Origin: Alphaproteobacteria bacterium
GTDB lineage: Bacteria; Pseudomonadota; Alphaproteobacteria; JAOXRX01
Direction of reading: 5' to 3'
NCBI GenBank assembly: GCA_025800285.1
Contig: JAOXRX010000039.1
Span: forward strand, 10,006 to 74,005
Length of the DNA stretch: 64,000 nt
How positions within the stretch are numbered: position 1 is the stretch's first letter; every line of letters starts with the position of its first letter. A program made the translations under genes and the position numbers. The notes beneath the pieces are model-generated. The model was not told where the DNA came from. It saw nothing but the letters and a program-made list of their open reading frames with translations, and did not search any database. Below, in pieces: positions 10,532-19,468 of the stretch.

Positions 10532-11095
10532 CTACAAGTTAAAAAATTTAGCTATCATATAAAGATCTGTCATATTGCCGTCAATTAGAGCTGTATTCTT
10601 TTGACATCCCTCAATTTCAAAACCATATTTCTTATATAATCTTATAGCCTTTTCATTATAAGTTCTAACCGAGCCCTCTAATCTCTTTATTCCTGATTTT
10701 TCACAATGAGCAATTATTTCACTCATAAATTTGCTACCTAATCCAACTCCCCAATAATCTTTAACAATCATAGTTGCAAAATTAGAAATATGTTCCAACC
10801 ATGGATGCAATGGAGAAACCTGAGTTAATCCAATTAAACCCACAATATTTTCAGTTTTTTCTTCAATAGCAATAATTATGGAAGATATTTCTGCCTCATT
10901 ATGTTGTTTCCAAACTTGTAATATTTTTTCATCTGGAGCTTCTGGTCGTAATGGAGTTTGATTTGTAAAAGTTGTTTCTTCACCAATTACTTTGATAAAT
11001 TCTCTGAATTTTGGCAAATCTTCCGGCTTAGGACTACGGAGAATAATCTCCCTACCATCTTTTAACTTATACTTTTCTGCTTTATATTCTGACAT
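10532..11095 (-). CDS. GNAT family N-acetyltransferase
   Basis: 187 aa; GNAT acetyl-CoA binding region WGVGLGSKFMSEIIAHCEKSGIKRLEGSV. Confidence 0.7.
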   Translation of the reverse strand: MSEYKAEKYKLKDGREIILRSPKPEDLPKFREFIKVIGEETTFTNQTPLRPEAPDEKILQVWKQHNEAEISSIIIAIEEKTENIVGLIGLTQVSPLHPWLEHISNFATMIVKDYWGVGLGSKFMSEIIAHCEKSGIKRLEGSVRTYNEKAIRLYKKYGFEIEGCQKNTALIDGNMTDLYMIAKFFNL

Positions 11096-11235
11096 AGCTC
11101 TCCCTCCTCTAAAACTCCTTATATCATATATACCTACAATATTTTAATAATAAAATCAAATTGTATCTATCAAAAAATTTATATAATGATAATTATTATA
11201 AATATAAATTTAAAAACTATCTAGAATAACACCTA

Positions 11236-12690
11236 TTAGCTCTTTTTATTTTTTAACTTTAAATCACATTTACATATATCTGAAACCCTAAGCAAATCTA
11301 AATCAGACCATTTAACAAAACCTTCTAATAAAGAATAGCTATCTATACCTTTATTTGCATAATATTTGGCAATCAAATAAGACAGCTCTCCATATTCACA
11401 ATAAAATAGCACTCGGCGACCTTCCCATTTAGCCAAATATTTTTGATGGTTATTTATTAGCTCATCCTCAAGTATGTTAACACTATTAGGCAGTCTAGAG
11501 TGAACAAATTTATCATTATTTCTAACATCAACAATAATATTTCTCGTATTTATATCCATACTCTTAAACTTTGAAGTTGAACTTTCATATATTGTTTTTA
11601 TAGTTTTTTGAGGAGATATAGATATTTTTTTATTTTCTTTACTATAATTAAAAGTAATTTTATTTTCAGCAATTAATAATTCTTCATTTATTATTTTCGG
11701 AAATTTATTTCTAGGTAGACACTTGAAATATGTATCTAAATATGGAAAGGGAGAATCACATCCTATAAATACAACATTTATTCTACCTTGTTTATTTCTA
11801 ATTTTATCCAATAAATTATTTCTTTTAAGTTTCATTATATATTTAAGAGTTCCCGCTAGATTAAAACCAGAGCTTGGTCCTAATAATAATCCAGATCTAC
11901 ATAACTCTAAGCTTCTTAAATAGGAGTCATATGTGCTTACATCTATTATTTCATCTATATCCTTTTTCCAATCAAAATCAATCATTCTCAATAAGCCTAG
12001 AGTTCTTGGTCCAGATATTATGTTGTTAGGTTTTCTTACTATTCCAGATATTTTTAAATTTGGTAATTTTTCTTTAAGGTATTTAGCGCAACCAACCATG
12101 CTTCCTGTTGTTCCTAATCCAGTAGAAAATATTTGTATATCTCCATTTAATTGTTCATAAATTTGAGGTGCTGTAATTTTATAATGTGATTCAGGGTTGT
12201 TTTTATTGCTGTATTGATTCGGGTTAAACCATTTTTTTCTTTTCCCCATATTTTTAGCTATTTGAATTCCAGAGCTTAAATCACTTGGATCTGGACATAA
12301 AGGCTCATTATTAGCTTGCACTTCAGCCCCTGATAATAAGAGCATTTGTAATTTACCGATAGAGGTATCTTTTGCTGAAATAAGCACTCTAGTTTTTTTG
12401 AACCCAAAAATTTTAGATAATATACTAAGAGAAAATGCCGTATTTCCTGAAGAATTCTCAATTATATTATGTTCTTCTAACTTTTTATGTTTATCCAACA
12501 TATTATAGGATGGTATAGACTTTACATTCATTAATGGAGTAAAACTTAACATCTTTACAAACACATGAACTTCATCATTGTAAAAAGGATTTAACTCTTC
12601 TGGTATCTCGATTAATGGAGTAACATGGTTTTTAGGATTTAAAAAATCCTGCACTCCTTTTTTCCCTTTAAATACATTGTCTGATATCAT
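11236..12690 (-). CDS. PLP-dependent cysteine synthase-like enzyme fused to a C-terminal rhodanese domain
   Basis: N-terminal 330 aa align motif-by-motif with CysK/CysM (PLP-Lys region FVKMLSFTPLMNVKS, SGNTAFSLS, Gly loop STGLGTTGS); C-terminal 110 aa is a rhodanese fold with active-site loop FYCEYGELS. Confidence 0.65.
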   Translation of the reverse strand: MISDNVFKGKKGVQDFLNPKNHVTPLIEIPEELNPFYNDEVHVFVKMLSFTPLMNVKSIPSYNMLDKHKKLEEHNIIENSSGNTAFSLSILSKIFGFKKTRVLISAKDTSIGKLQMLLLSGAEVQANNEPLCPDPSDLSSGIQIAKNMGKRKKWFNPNQYSNKNNPESHYKITAPQIYEQLNGDIQIFSTGLGTTGSMVGCAKYLKEKLPNLKISGIVRKPNNIISGPRTLGLLRMIDFDWKKDIDEIIDVSTYDSYLRSLELCRSGLLLGPSSGFNLAGTLKYIMKLKRNNLLDKIRNKQGRINVVFIGCDSPFPYLDTYFKCLPRNKFPKIINEELLIAENKITFNYSKENKKISISPQKTIKTIYESSTSKFKSMDINTRNIIVDVRNNDKFVHSRLPNSVNILEDELINNHQKYLAKWEGRRVLFYCEYGELSYLIAKYYANKGIDSYSLLEGFVKWSDLDLLRVSDICKCDLKLKNKKS

Positions 12691-12702
12691 ACCATATCCT
12701 TT

Positions 12703-13200
12703 TTATAAATTTATTTTTTCTTCACCATTTTTCATATTATTTTTATGTTCTTCGCTGCGCTTTATTTTACCATCCTCATTATACCATATAACTAAACCAT
12801 TAGTTTCTCCATTAATTAAATTTGCTTCATATTTTAAATTACCATTTTCATAATATTCTATATATTTACCATCTAACTCTCCATTTTTACAGCTATGAGT
12901 GAATTCAATTTGCCCACTTTTATAATATCCTGTTTTATTATCACACAAGGTATTTAAATAAATGTTATGAGATTTAAGTTCTCCACTTTTATAGTATTCT
13001 TTGATGGTTGAATATCCTTTTTGATTATTTTTATAGAAGGTGTCTGAATCTACTAATTTATCTTCTAAAAAATATTCCTTATTTTTTATATAAGTTTCTT
13101 CATATGCTCCCATTAATAGAAATGCAGGTATCATTATAAATGTCGTGAATATTACGGATATAATAACATATATTTTTTTAAAAATTCTTGTTTTATTCAT
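12703..13200 (-). CDS. membrane-anchored MORN-repeat protein (YwqK-like)
   Basis: N-terminal TM helix followed by repeated YYxxGxLK / YxENGNLKYE MORN units as in the YwqK family. Confidence 0.6.
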   Translation of the reverse strand: MNKTRIFKKIYVIISVIFTTFIMIPAFLLMGAYEETYIKNKEYFLEDKLVDSDTFYKNNQKGYSTIKEYYKSGELKSHNIYLNTLCDNKTGYYKSGQIEFTHSCKNGELDGKYIEYYENGNLKYEANLINGETNGLVIWYNEDGKIKRSEEHKNNMKNGEEKINL

Positions 13201-13460
13201 TTAAACCTGCCTAAACTAAAAATAAAGAAACTATAATAACTAAAAAAGAAAGTCCTAAGAAGAAACTAAATGTGATAACACAAATTGTCTTATAAAAATT
13301 CCAGATAAAATTAAGAGCTTTCTTCATAAGATATTAATATAAACAATGTTTTAAATAAAATCAATTTTTTATTTGATAAAACATTATTTTTGATTTATAA
13401 AATTATTTATGAAAAAACTTATTTTAATTTTAGTAATTTTATTTATTTAAAAGTTTCTTT

Positions 13461-13820
13461 TTAATTTATGATAATACCAATGATATATCCTAGAGTAATT
13501 AGTACAAAATATAATATTCCTAATATAAAGCATGAAAATAATATTGAATATTTTTTAGCCAAAGAGTTTTTATAATTAAAAAACATGGGGATTATTCTTA
13601 TAAAAATTAAAGAATAGATTAGTGTAATTATTATTGTAAAAGTTAATAATATTCTATATTCATTTATAGAATCACATTTTAAACAATATGGATTAATATT
13701 AAATAAATTTAAATTCCAAAAAATAATTTGGCAAATAGATATAATAGCATATCCAACCCAACCCAATATGAATATTGCGTTGGGAATTAACTCACTCTGT
13801 ATTATGTTTTTTATTTTCAT
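13461..13820 (-). CDS. small 4-TM membrane protein, candidate immunity protein for the upstream toxin
   Basis: 119 aa, four hydrophobic helices, starts 4 nt after the stop of the Tlde1-like gene. Confidence 0.45.
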   Translation of the reverse strand: MKIKNIIQSELIPNAIFILGWVGYAIISICQIIFWNLNLFNINPYCLKCDSINEYRILLTFTIIITLIYSLIFIRIIPMFFNYKNSLAKKYSILFSCFILGILYFVLITLGYIIGIIIN

Positions 13821-13823
13821 GTT

Positions 13824-14504
13824 TTAATATCTTACTCTTAATTCTAATTCAGTATCGTATTCTTCAAAAACATCAAGAAACTCAGACATGCTTCCTGCTA
13901 AGTCGATACAACCAGATGAACCAAAGGAAGTTCCGCCATGTATAGAAAAACCATCTCTTCCTTTCATATCATTTTCCTTATCTGGAGTCAACCATATTCT
14001 CTCGTTACCCCAAGAATCTTCTCCACCTGGCCAACTAGTATATCTTTTAATAAAAGAATAATCTTTTCTCCTTTGAACATTACTAGGAGATATCGTGTAG
14101 GTTCCTGCTGGTAAAGGTCCTTTGTTTTTTACCCCAGTAAACTCTTCTCCTTGATAATCTTCTTTTCCAGACATTGCATAACAAGCATCTACAACAGTTT
14201 TATTTTCCATTAAAGCTAAAGCAGTGCCATCAAATGTTAAATAAACTTCTATGTTTTCAATATAGCATTTGCAATTTGGATGAACAGGTAGTTTGGGTAT
14301 GCCTTCAACTTTAGTGTATGTTGTGCCATCAAGTGAAGCACAATTTTCACAAACTTTACTTGTATCGCCTTTAGTATTGTGTATTTTCCACTTTTTAATA
14401 TTTTTACCTGCTTGAGGTGTTTGGTTGGGAGTATCGCTACTGCTTCTAACAGCTCTGCCTGTGGCGTCATAATTTATATTGTCTCTACCGAATGCTCTAG
14501 TCAT
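13824..14504 (-). CDS. polymorphic-toxin-like protein: phage MuF C-terminal remnant (HPNCKC) fused to a Tlde1/DUF2778-like L,D-transpeptidase-fold domain
   Basis: KVCENCASLDGTTYTKVEGIPKLPVHPNCKCY resembles the Phage_Mu_F C-terminal signature; GPLPAGTYTI ... RDGFSIHGGTSFGSSGCIDL matches the YkuD-fold His/Cys catalytic arrangement; own SD aaggag and an upstream terminator. Confidence 0.55.
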   Translation of the reverse strand: MTRAFGRDNINYDATGRAVRSSSDTPNQTPQAGKNIKKWKIHNTKGDTSKVCENCASLDGTTYTKVEGIPKLPVHPNCKCYIENIEVYLTFDGTALALMENKTVVDACYAMSGKEDYQGEEFTGVKNKGPLPAGTYTISPSNVQRRKDYSFIKRYTSWPGGEDSWGNERIWLTPDKENDMKGRDGFSIHGGTSFGSSGCIDLAGSMSEFLDVFEEYDTELELRVRY

Positions 14505-14528
14505 ATTATACTCCTTTCTTTCTCCAAT

Positions 14529-14556
14529 AAAAAAAGCCCTGTCTTGCGACAGGGCA
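14529..14556 (-). terminator. rho-independent terminator after the DUF488 gene, upstream of the toxin gene
   Basis: hairpin gccctgtc-ttgc-gacagggc with a T-tract on the minus strand. Confidence 0.7.
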
Positions 14557-14567
14557 TTATAAAATTG

Positions 14568-15017
14568 TTAAGAAAAATGTACAATCTCAATATCAGTAAA
14601 GTATTTTTGTAAATATTCTGCTAGCAACCTGCGATGGCAATATTTAGGTTTATCTTCATAACACATTAGACAAGCATTATTTAAATTTATATCTTTAAAA
14701 ATATCAATAATATCTCTTTGTTTGATTAAGTCAATATAATCTGTTTCATATTTCTCCCAACGAACAGAAAAAGGAGCATTGCCTCTTTTTATATTCTCAA
14801 ATATTTCAATACTAGGAGCACACTCTATTTTGTGCTTATAATCTATTTTATAATATGCAAGACATTTATATAGTTCTTTCTTGCTCGCATATCCATATTT
14901 AGAGTTTGTATTCTTTAAACGAATATCTATTAAAGATTTTACTCCTGCTTTTTTAAGTAAAGAGAAAAATTCATCAGCTGATTTATTTTCAAAACCTATA
15001 GTGTATAATTTAATCAT
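14568..15017 (-). CDS. DUF488 family protein
   Basis: N-terminal TIG...SLIDIR and C-terminal LMCYEDKPKYCHRRLLAEYL patterns typical of DUF488. Confidence 0.65.
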   Translation of the reverse strand: MIKLYTIGFENKSADEFFSLLKKAGVKSLIDIRLKNTNSKYGYASKKELYKCLAYYKIDYKHKIECAPSIEIFENIKRGNAPFSVRWEKYETDYIDLIKQRDIIDIFKDINLNNACLMCYEDKPKYCHRRLLAEYLQKYFTDIEIVHFS

Positions 15018-15061
15018 GCAATAAGCATATATTAATAAAGAATAAATATCAAGAAGGTTTT

Positions 15062-15214
15062 ATGGTTAGTGAGAAAACATTTCAAGAAACAAAAGAAGGA
15101 CTAAGAAAATTACTTAAAGAGAGAGGTGTAGAAAAAACAGATAAAGAATTAAACCAAGAAGTTTATAAGCTTATAGAGTTAGTATATTTAGCATTAGAAA
15201 TGTCAAATAAATAA
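15062..15214 (+). CDS. small hypothetical ORF (50 aa)
   Basis: short ORF MVSEKTFQETKEGLRKLLKERGVEKTDKELNQEVYKLIELVYLALEMSNK; not in the track; no family. Confidence 0.2.
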   Translation: MVSEKTFQETKEGLRKLLKERGVEKTDKELNQEVYKLIELVYLALEMSNK

Positions 15215-15482
15215 AGGTACTTTTGACTAGTTTTTACTAACGAGGGTAGCGGGAACCCCAACGAATATCTAGTAACACTAAATAATTTTTGGTTGCCAGT
15301 TACCACCCTCTAGACCTTTGTGGAGTTCAAACACGAGTGGCAACCCAGAGCTTTGGGTTGTCACTCTGCGGAGAGCAATAAAAATATGCCTATTTTTCTA
15401 GACTTTTATAGTGATTTTTAATCGATTATAATTTCTATATTTTAGATATAAAAAAAGCCCTTGAAGCTACAGCTACAGGGCT

Positions 15483-15536
15483 TTTTATAAATGGCGAACT
15501 CGACAGGATTCGAACCTGTGACCTACTGCTTAGAAG
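15483..15536 (-). repeat. direct repeat of the 3' 45 nt of tRNA-Arg plus 9 nt of flank (attR-like remnant)
   Basis: 54 nt identical to 19460-19513; truncated, so not a functional tRNA. Confidence 0.85.
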
Positions 15537-15837
15537 CAGAGACAGCTTTAAAGAAATAAATCAACTAAAACAAAGTCTTAGCTAGACACACAAATCCTTT
15601 CAAAGACACTTTCGTTTTATTAATTGTTGCTAATCATTGCTATTTGTTGCCTATTATTGTCCTCCAGATGCTACCCACTTTGCTACCCATTTTATATACG
15701 ACTAACTGTTATAAAAACAGTCAGTCACAGAAAATTAAAGAAACAAATATACATTAAACAACTCTTTTTAATGCTTAGTATATTTAATATTAAAAAAGAA
15801 GGGCTTTTAAAAGCCCTTCTAAAAACAATAATAAAAT

Positions 15838-16080
15838 CTATTTTTTTATTTTATCACTTTTTTCTCGGTTTGCTTCCCAATGAAGAGGTTGTAAATTTCT
15901 AATATTATTAGAACCACCTTTGGACTTAGGATGCTTATGATCCACTTCCCAACCATACTCACCTAAAGTTCCATATGAAGGTTTTCTAATTTTATTGCCG
16001 TTAGAATCTCTTCTCCAAACATCTGGGTTTTTTCCTCTTATAGGCTTACCTTTATCCCAAATATTGTCTATTTTAGACAT
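15838..16080 (-). CDS. small HNH endonuclease
   Basis: EVDHKHPKSKGGSNNIRNLQPLHWEAN, an HNH motif with conserved His/Asn. Confidence 0.65.
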   Translation of the reverse strand: MSKIDNIWDKGKPIRGKNPDVWRRDSNGNKIRKPSYGTLGEYGWEVDHKHPKSKGGSNNIRNLQPLHWEANREKSDKIKK

Positions 16081-16143
16081 AGTTAAGTTCCCTTTCTTGA
16101 AAATACTTAGTCTAATGGGCAGAATATAATTCTACCCATAGCT

Positions 16144-16392
16144 TTACATAACTCTTTTATAATTATAGATATCTCTTATATGGTTATGAAAAAATTTACC
16201 ATGAGATGATGCATTCATTAAATCTTTAAAAAGATTTTCAGACACACCATAATATTGGTAAACACTATTATTGTGAAAACCAACTTCAAGGATATTTCTA
16301 TCATAACCAATATCATTAATCATAGAAGATTTTACATACTTTCTAGTCATCATGTATCTCCATATTATTGAGCATTTTAACCACACACTCAA
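16144..16392 (-). CDS. KTSC domain-containing protein
   Basis: 82 aa; pattern YDRNILEVGFHNNSVYQYYGVSENLFKDLMNASSHGKFF typical of KTSC domains. Confidence 0.55.
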   Translation of the reverse strand: MSVWLKCSIIWRYMMTRKYVKSSMINDIGYDRNILEVGFHNNSVYQYYGVSENLFKDLMNASSHGKFFHNHIRDIYNYKRVM

Positions 16393-16604
16393 TTATTAAC
16401 TTGACAAGGGTGTATAAGCATGATACTATCAAGTTCTCTCGTCTCGATAGGTTAAACCTTATCATTCGAATTTGAAGTCGCCATGTTAGTAGCATGTCGG
16501 CTTCTTTTAATATTGAAACACAACAAATCTTTCAATATTATTTCTTTATATCACCTTTATATCATTAAGTCAACTATAAAACTATTTTTTTATTAACTGT
16601 TAAC

Positions 16605-16997
16605 CTAACTATTAAGATTAGAAACAACTTTACTGTTTCTTACTTTTTTACTTTCTAAATCTATTTCTATCCAACCCCTCTCATCTATTCTTGTGTCAAA
16701 ATAACTTGTTTTTTCAGGCATTATATTAAAACAATTAAAAAAACTTTTTGCTGCTATATTAGCTCCATAAGCCCCCTTTCTTATTTTAATAGCTCCCTCA
16801 GCTGTTTTATCATTTAACATTTCAATACCTATCTTTTTACATTCTCTATCATAATACAAAACAACATAAGAATAATTATCTATTAAATATTTCTTTCTAG
16901 AACCTTGGTTCAAACCTATATTTCCATTTGTATTTACCGAACACCTCGGAGAAAAACTACCTCCAACTTGTGTAAATTTTTGATAAGCCATAATCAA
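16605..16997 (-). CDS. hypothetical protein (130 aa)
   Basis: ORF co-oriented inside the islet between the methyltransferase and KTSC genes; no recognisable motif. Confidence 0.4.
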   Translation of the reverse strand: MIMAYQKFTQVGGSFSPRCSVNTNGNIGLNQGSRKKYLIDNYSYVVLYYDRECKKIGIEMLNDKTAEGAIKIRKGAYGANIAAKSFFNCFNIMPEKTSYFDTRIDERGWIEIDLESKKVRNSKVVSNLNS

Positions 16998-17097
16998 CCT
17001 CCTTGCAAAATAAAAGACTATAAAAATAGTTATATACTATTTTTATAGTCTTGTCAAGCAGTTTACATCACTTAATACACCCAGTTAATAAACCACA

Positions 17098-18351
17098 CTA
17101 AAACAACTCCCCTTGTTTATCTGTGATAATTTCTTCTTTTTCTATAATCACATCTTCTATATCAAACTTTTTATCTAACATAGCTATTAAACACCTACCT
17201 ATATGATATCCTAAATTAACAGGGACTGCATTGCCTATTTGTTTATATTGAGCACACATAGAACCTTTAAACTCCCAATAATCTGGAAATGTTTGTATTC
17301 TTGCATATTCTCTAACATTTAATGGTCTAGTTTCCTCGGGATGACATCTTTCAGTTTGTTTCTGAGCTGGAGAACAAGTTAAAGTTAAACTAGGTTCATC
17401 CCATGACAACCTTCTAGCCATTCCTGTTCTTCCCCCCGTATGATAAAAACTTTTTCCCATATATTCTTTTTGAACTTCTTCAGGCAAATCTCTCCAACAC
17501 CCTCCTGCAGGAACTTGTTTTAAAACTTTATATTTCTTCTCGGGATATTTTTGTCCTTCAGACTTAGGACAATCTTTTAAAGCTTCCCTCATAGAAATTG
17601 TATAATCTTTTTCTTTTGGAAATATAAAAGGTATATTTAAGTCTTCTCTTATAACTATTATTATCAACCTTTCCCTTTTTTGAGGAACATCTAAATATTG
17701 AGATCTTAATACTTTATAATGAACTTTGTATCCCAATTCCCTTAATGCATTACACATTGTTTTTAATGTTTTACCATTATCATGTCTTAAAAGACCTTTA
17801 ACATTCTCTCCAACCGCAATTTTAGGATTAGTTTCTTTGATACATCTTGCAAATTCAAAAAACAAAGTTCCTCTTGTATCTTCAAACCCCATACTTTTAC
17901 CAGCATAACTAAATGTTTGACAAGGGAATCCTGCTTGCACTATATCAACTTTATTTCTATATTCTTTAAAATCAAGATTTCTAACATCTTCATGAACTAT
18001 GTTAGCATTAGGAAAATTAAATCTTAATGTTTCAACCGCACTTTTATCTATTTCATTTAATAATAAATGATTTAAGCCTGCATTTTCAAATCCTAAAGAA
18101 GTTCCTCCCGCTCCTGCAAAAAGTTCTATTATATTATAGTCTGTTTTTATATTACTTTTTAAAATTTGAAAATTATTATCATTAGAAACTCCATTTAATT
18201 TAGAATTTAATCTTTGCACTTCCTCCAAATCAAAAACTCTATAATTTTTCTCATCTCTTTGAGATTTTATAAGACCTTTTTTATCCCATCTTCTAATTGT
18301 ATCTACAGAGACTTCTAATTCTTCACTTACCTGATGAACTGTTAAATTCAT
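17098..18351 (-). CDS. DNA (cytosine-5)-methyltransferase with an N-terminal MerR-type HTH (SsoII/Eco47II-like architecture)
   Basis: motif I ELFAGAGGTSLGF, motif IV GFPCQTFSYAGK, motif VI VGENVKGLL; N-terminal 45 aa form an HTH (VSVDTIRRWDKKGLI). Confidence 0.85.
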   Translation of the reverse strand: MNLTVHQVSEELEVSVDTIRRWDKKGLIKSQRDEKNYRVFDLEEVQRLNSKLNGVSNDNNFQILKSNIKTDYNIIELFAGAGGTSLGFENAGLNHLLLNEIDKSAVETLRFNFPNANIVHEDVRNLDFKEYRNKVDIVQAGFPCQTFSYAGKSMGFEDTRGTLFFEFARCIKETNPKIAVGENVKGLLRHDNGKTLKTMCNALRELGYKVHYKVLRSQYLDVPQKRERLIIIVIREDLNIPFIFPKEKDYTISMREALKDCPKSEGQKYPEKKYKVLKQVPAGGCWRDLPEEVQKEYMGKSFYHTGGRTGMARRLSWDEPSLTLTCSPAQKQTERCHPEETRPLNVREYARIQTFPDYWEFKGSMCAQYKQIGNAVPVNLGYHIGRCLIAMLDKKFDIEDVIIEKEEIITDKQGELF

Positions 18352-18448
18352 TATTTCAACTCCTTTAAAAAATAAAATTCATTACTATAAATTATATATA
18401 GCAATACCCATTGCATAATGCAAGGGTTATTTTATATTTTTATAAATT

Positions 18449-19171
18449 TTATTGAAATGCTCTATCAAAAAGCTCTTTAAACAAAGGGTCTTTAATGATT
18501 TTCTTTTTATCATTTTTAACTATATCAGATATTATATGAGGCAAAACATTGTATAAGTCATAGATAGCATTCTTATCTCCAGTTGCTATTTCATAAAAAG
18601 TAGCTCCATCAATTTCTCTAATATTTTTATTCTTAGGTCTTCTTTTCCCTGCTTTTCTATTATCAGATGGAGTAAATTCTTTATCAAATCTCTTTTTAGT
18701 TAATATGGCAACATAATAAGCAACATATCCTTCATATTTAGACTTAGTTAGAGATTTTAAATCATCATATATTGCAACTTTATGATTACCTTTTGTAGTG
18801 TTAAATTTATTTTTAATTTCAGCTATAATTTTTTTATCTTTATTTACTAAATCTGCCACTCCTCCAGTTTTTAAGTCTTTCCAACCAATTACTCTTCCTA
18901 GAATCTTTTGATGAAAATTGCCAATAGCATTCTGCAAACTTTTTTGGATTTGTCTTGATTTTTCAGTAGCTAACCATTCTTCTAAAGACATCTTATGAAA
19001 AGAAGCATCAAATAAAGCAGAAAAAGGATCTACAATATTAGAATGCAAATCTTTTTCTATATCTTTAGATTTAACTTCTAAAACATCAACTATCTCCTGA
19101 CATAATTCATATAAATCTTTTTCACTAATCCATTTAAGTTTTTTCATAAATAACCACCTTAATTTAAACAT
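18449..19171 (-). CDS. putative type II restriction endonuclease (PD-(D/E)xK), partner of the adjacent methyltransferase
   Basis: GGVADLV ... IIAEIKNK gives a D...EIK nuclease core; immediately upstream of the methyltransferase in the same orientation; gene sizes (240/417 aa) resemble Eco47II/Sau96I-type systems. Confidence 0.5.
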   Translation of the reverse strand: MFKLRWLFMKKLKWISEKDLYELCQEIVDVLEVKSKDIEKDLHSNIVDPFSALFDASFHKMSLEEWLATEKSRQIQKSLQNAIGNFHQKILGRVIGWKDLKTGGVADLVNKDKKIIAEIKNKFNTTKGNHKVAIYDDLKSLTKSKYEGYVAYYVAILTKKRFDKEFTPSDNRKAGKRRPKNKNIREIDGATFYEIATGDKNAIYDLYNVLPHIISDIVKNDKKKIIKDPLFKELFDRAFQ

Positions 19172-19468
19172 ACTTATGTGTTTATCACTATATATTTAAA
19201 AAATCAAGTTTTTTAATTGCACCAATTTTGCACTATGACTGACTGATAGTTTTTCAGATAACCTGCAACAGCTAACACATTAAAATATAACAATATTATT
19301 GTAACATACTGCCATAATAAATTATATTTTTGAAAAAAACATCGTTGAAAGCTACTGTCACAAAGAGTTTGCAAGTTTGCTACCCACCTATAAAATCACT
19401 ATTTTTTAAACTTAAATTTAAACAAATAAAAAACCCGTCAAAGCTAGTGCTGACGGGGTTTTATAAAT

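Noticed and set aside
15492-15536. possible second tRNA-Arg gene
   Set aside because: Only the 3' 45 nt are present (T-arm, acceptor 3' strand, half the anticodon stem). It is a truncated att-site repeat, not a functional tRNA.
15624-15902. 92-aa plus-strand ORF inside the islet
   Set aside because: Low-complexity hydrophobic translation overlapping the 3' end of the HNH gene on the opposite strand, with no RBS. Probably spurious.
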